A DNA stretch of 39,079 bases from a virus (Duplodnaviria; Heunggongvirae; Uroviricota; Caudoviricetes). This document shows positions 37,053 through 39,079 of the stretch, in pieces (the first letter of the stretch is position 1; each line of letters opens with the position of its first letter). The notes under the pieces are model-generated. The model did no database searches. It was not told the origin of the DNA and saw only the letters and a program-made list of their open reading frames with translations. Made by a program: the position numbers and the translations under genes. The stretch is from IMG/VR virus record IMGVR_UViG_2609459839_000001; one strand, written 5' to 3'.

Positions 37053-37263
37053 AATCAATTGCACTTTCAATAAGTGATGCCATCTCATTGCATTTTGTTG
37101 AATTCATCTTACGCAATGAGTCACAAATTTCCGCTGGCTTTGATGACGCAGGCAACTTAGCAGCAAGTAGCATAATTGCCGTTTTTATAGCAGTGAGCTC
37201 ATCCGCAAGTCCAGCAGGAGAAACATCGTGGTTAAACTGGATATTTACATTTTTACTAGTCAT
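37042..37263 (-). CDS. hypothetical protein (73 aa), convergent with preceding gene
   Basis: ATG 37263 preceded by strong SD AGGAGGGTGA. Confidence 0.45.
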   Translation of the reverse strand: MTSKNVNIQFNHDVSPAGLADELTAIKTAIMLLAAKLPASSKPAEICDSLRKMNSTKCNEMASLIESAIDFND

Positions 37264-37594
37264 TTCACCCTCCTGAGGGTTGGTAATTAAGGAGTTCTCC
37301 ACGGGTCAGGTGGAGTGCGTGCGCCGGACACGGGTGAGCATCCGGCACTGGCAGTTTACTGGAAGGATATATCCCTGAAAAGTCAGGACATAACGCGAAA
37401 GCGCACGGCGAAGTTATTCTGTCTGTACGGTGTCGTTAAATTTAATTCGACCGTGCGCTTCCGGTTGTGGCAATCCGCGAAATGGCGCGGCGGTAAGTAT
37501 GGCGGGGGTATTCCTTCCCCGTTGAGGACACCGGGTTGTCAGGTTGACCATACGCTTAAGTGACAACCCCGCTGCAACGCCCTCTGTTATCAAT

Positions 37595-37652
37595 TTTCTG
37601 GTGGCGTTTGGCGGTATCAGTTTTACTCCGTGACTGCTCTGCCGCCCTTTTT
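37595..37652 (+). ncRNA. dicF: DicF small RNA
   Basis: TTTCTGGTGGCGTTTGGCGGTATCAGTTTTACTCCGTGACTGCTCTGCCGCCCTTTTT matches my recollection of E. coli DicF with one mismatch; ends in hairpin + U-tract. Confidence 0.8.
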
Positions 37653-37821
37653 AAAGTGAATTTTGTGATGCGGTGAATGCGGCTAAGCGCACGCGGAACA
37701 GTTAAAACCAAAAACAGTGTTATGGGTGGGTTCTCTGTATCCGGCGTTAATTGTTAACTGGTTAACGTCACCTGGAGGCACCAGGCACCGCATCACAAAA
37801 TTCATTGTTGAGGACGCGATA

Positions 37822-38010
37822 ATGGAAACGTTATTACCAAACGTTAATACGTCTGAAGGTTGTTTTGAAATTGGTGTCACTATCAGTAACCCTGTATTTA
37901 CTGAAGATGCCATTAACAAGAGAAAACAAGAACGGGAGCTATTAAATAAAATATGCATTGTTTCAATGCTGGCTCGTTTACGTCTGATGCCAAAAGGATG
38001 TGCACAATGA
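37822..38010 (+). CDS. dicB: cell-division inhibitor DicB
   Basis: 62 aa METLLPNVNTSEGCFEIGVTISNPVFTEDAINKRKQERELLNKICIVSMLARLRLMPKGCAQ. Confidence 0.9.
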   Translation: METLLPNVNTSEGCFEIGVTISNPVFTEDAINKRKQERELLNKICIVSMLARLRLMPKGCAQ

Positions 38011-38198
38011 ATTCAGCATTTGCGCTTGTTCTGACAGTTTTTCTTGTTTCCGGAGAGCCAGTTGATATTGCAGTCAGTGTTCACAGGACAATGCAGGAGT
38101 GTATGACTGCAGCAACCGAACAGAAAATTCCCGGTAACTGTTACCCGGTCGATAAAGTTATTCACCAGGATAATATCGAAATCCCGGCAGGTCTTTAA
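38007..38198 (+). CDS. ydfD: YdfD-like small membrane protein
   Basis: 63 aa MNSAFALVLTVFLVSGEPVD...; ATG overlaps dicB stop (ATGA). Confidence 0.8.
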   Translation: MNSAFALVLTVFLVSGEPVDIAVSVHRTMQECMTAATEQKIPGNCYPVDKVIHQDNIEIPAGL

Positions 38199-38291
38199 AA
38201 CAGTTCCGTAATAAATATCCGGTTTCATTCTTATATGCCAGCAATGGCAGGGATTTGTTCATCCTTAAATCTGTCATGAGGTTAAAACAAA

Positions 38292-39079
38292 ATGAGTAAA
38301 GTCTTTATTTGCGCCGCTATTCCTGACGAACCGGCAACAAGGGAAGAAGGCGCTGTGGCTGTAGCCACAGCCATTGAAGCTGGCGACGAACGCCGTGCAC
38401 GAGCAAAATTTCACTGGCAATTCCTGGAACATTACCCGGCTGCTCAGGACTGCGCTTATAAATTTATTGTCTGCGAGGATAAACCTGGCATACCCCGCCC
38501 TGCCCTCGATTCATGGGATGCTGAATATATGCAGGAAAACCGCTGGGATGAGGAGTCTGCTTCTTTTGTTCCGGTTGAGACTGAATCCGATCCGATGAAC
38601 GTCACTTTTGACAAGCTGGCCCCTGAAGTACAGAACGCTGTCATGGTTAAGTTCGACACATGTGAAAACATCACCGTTGATATGGTTATTAGCGCACAGG
38701 AATTGTTGCAGGAAGACATGGCAACATTCGACGGACATATCGTTGAAGCGTTGATGAAAATGCCAGAAGTTAACGCCATGTATCCGGAGCTTAAGCTGCA
38801 TGCCATCGGGTGGGTTAAGCATAAATGTAAGCCTGGTGCCAAATGGCCCGAAATTCAGGCAGAGATGCGCATCTGGAAAAAACGTCGCGAAGGTGAACGC
38901 AAGGAAACCGGAAAATACACGTCTGTTGTTGATCTCGCCCGCGCCAGAGTCAATCAACAGCACAGTGAAAATTCAACAGGAAAAATCAGCCTGGTCATTG
39001 CTGCCATTCATCGCGAATACAAGCAGACATGGAAAACACTGGATGACGAACTGGCCTACGCTCTCTGGCCTGGTGATGT
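38292..39079 (+). CDS. YdfE-like protein, 3' end beyond window
   Basis: ATG 38292, MSKVFICAAIPDEPATREEGAVAVATAIEAG..., open to the window edge; not in ORF track because no stop in window. Confidence 0.65.
   Translation, partial: MSKVFICAAIPDEPATREEGAVAVATAIEAGDERRARAKFHWQFLEHYPAAQDCAYKFIVCEDKPGIPRPALDSWDAEYMQENRWDEESASFVPVETESDPMNVTFDKLAPEVQNAVMVKFDTCENITVDMVISAQELLQEDMATFDGHIVEALMKMPEVNAMYPELKLHAIGWVKHKCKPGAKWPEIQAEMRIWKKRREGERKETGKYTSVVDLARARVNQQHSENSTGKISLVIAAIHREYKQTWKTLDDELAYALWPGD

Noticed and set aside
37315-37563. Plus-strand 82-aa ORF upstream of dicF
   Set aside because: Gly/Arg-rich low-complexity translation over a stem-loop-dense region; more likely noncoding RNA.

Overview
The window is almost entirely one lambdoid prophage of an Escherichia-type enterobacterium, lying inverted relative to the lambda map; neither integrase nor att ends are in the window. 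All calls come from reading the six-frame translations and the raw sequence by eye; no database search was run, so family names are recollection-based and coordinates of non-ORF elements may be off by 1-2 nt. Minus strand, right to left: replication initiator with internal iterons, a low-GC cargo island (ParA-like ATPase, then a terminator-bracketed pair of an unknown 197-aa protein and an XRE-HTH/M78 peptidase fusion), DUF968, RusA, Q-like protein, four tRNA genes, S21-type holin / SAR endolysin / Rz-Rz1 lysis cassette, cos, terminase small and large, W, portal, ClpP-like protease-capsid fusion, FII-like, Z, U, V, G/T (frameshift), H, M, L, K, I, J, lom and an Stf-like tail fibre with a non-fibre C-terminal domain. 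Plus strand: an inserted sodC moron between J and I, a CI-type repressor, and a Qin-like early-left operon (ydfA/B/C-like, DicF sRNA, dicB, ydfD, partial ydfE-like). The most interesting candidate for an undescribed system is the terminator-bracketed two-gene cassette at 29.1-30.9 kb, with the adjacent ParA-like gene, the enzymatic tail fibre and small hydrophobic ORFs inside the lysis cassette as secondary leads.
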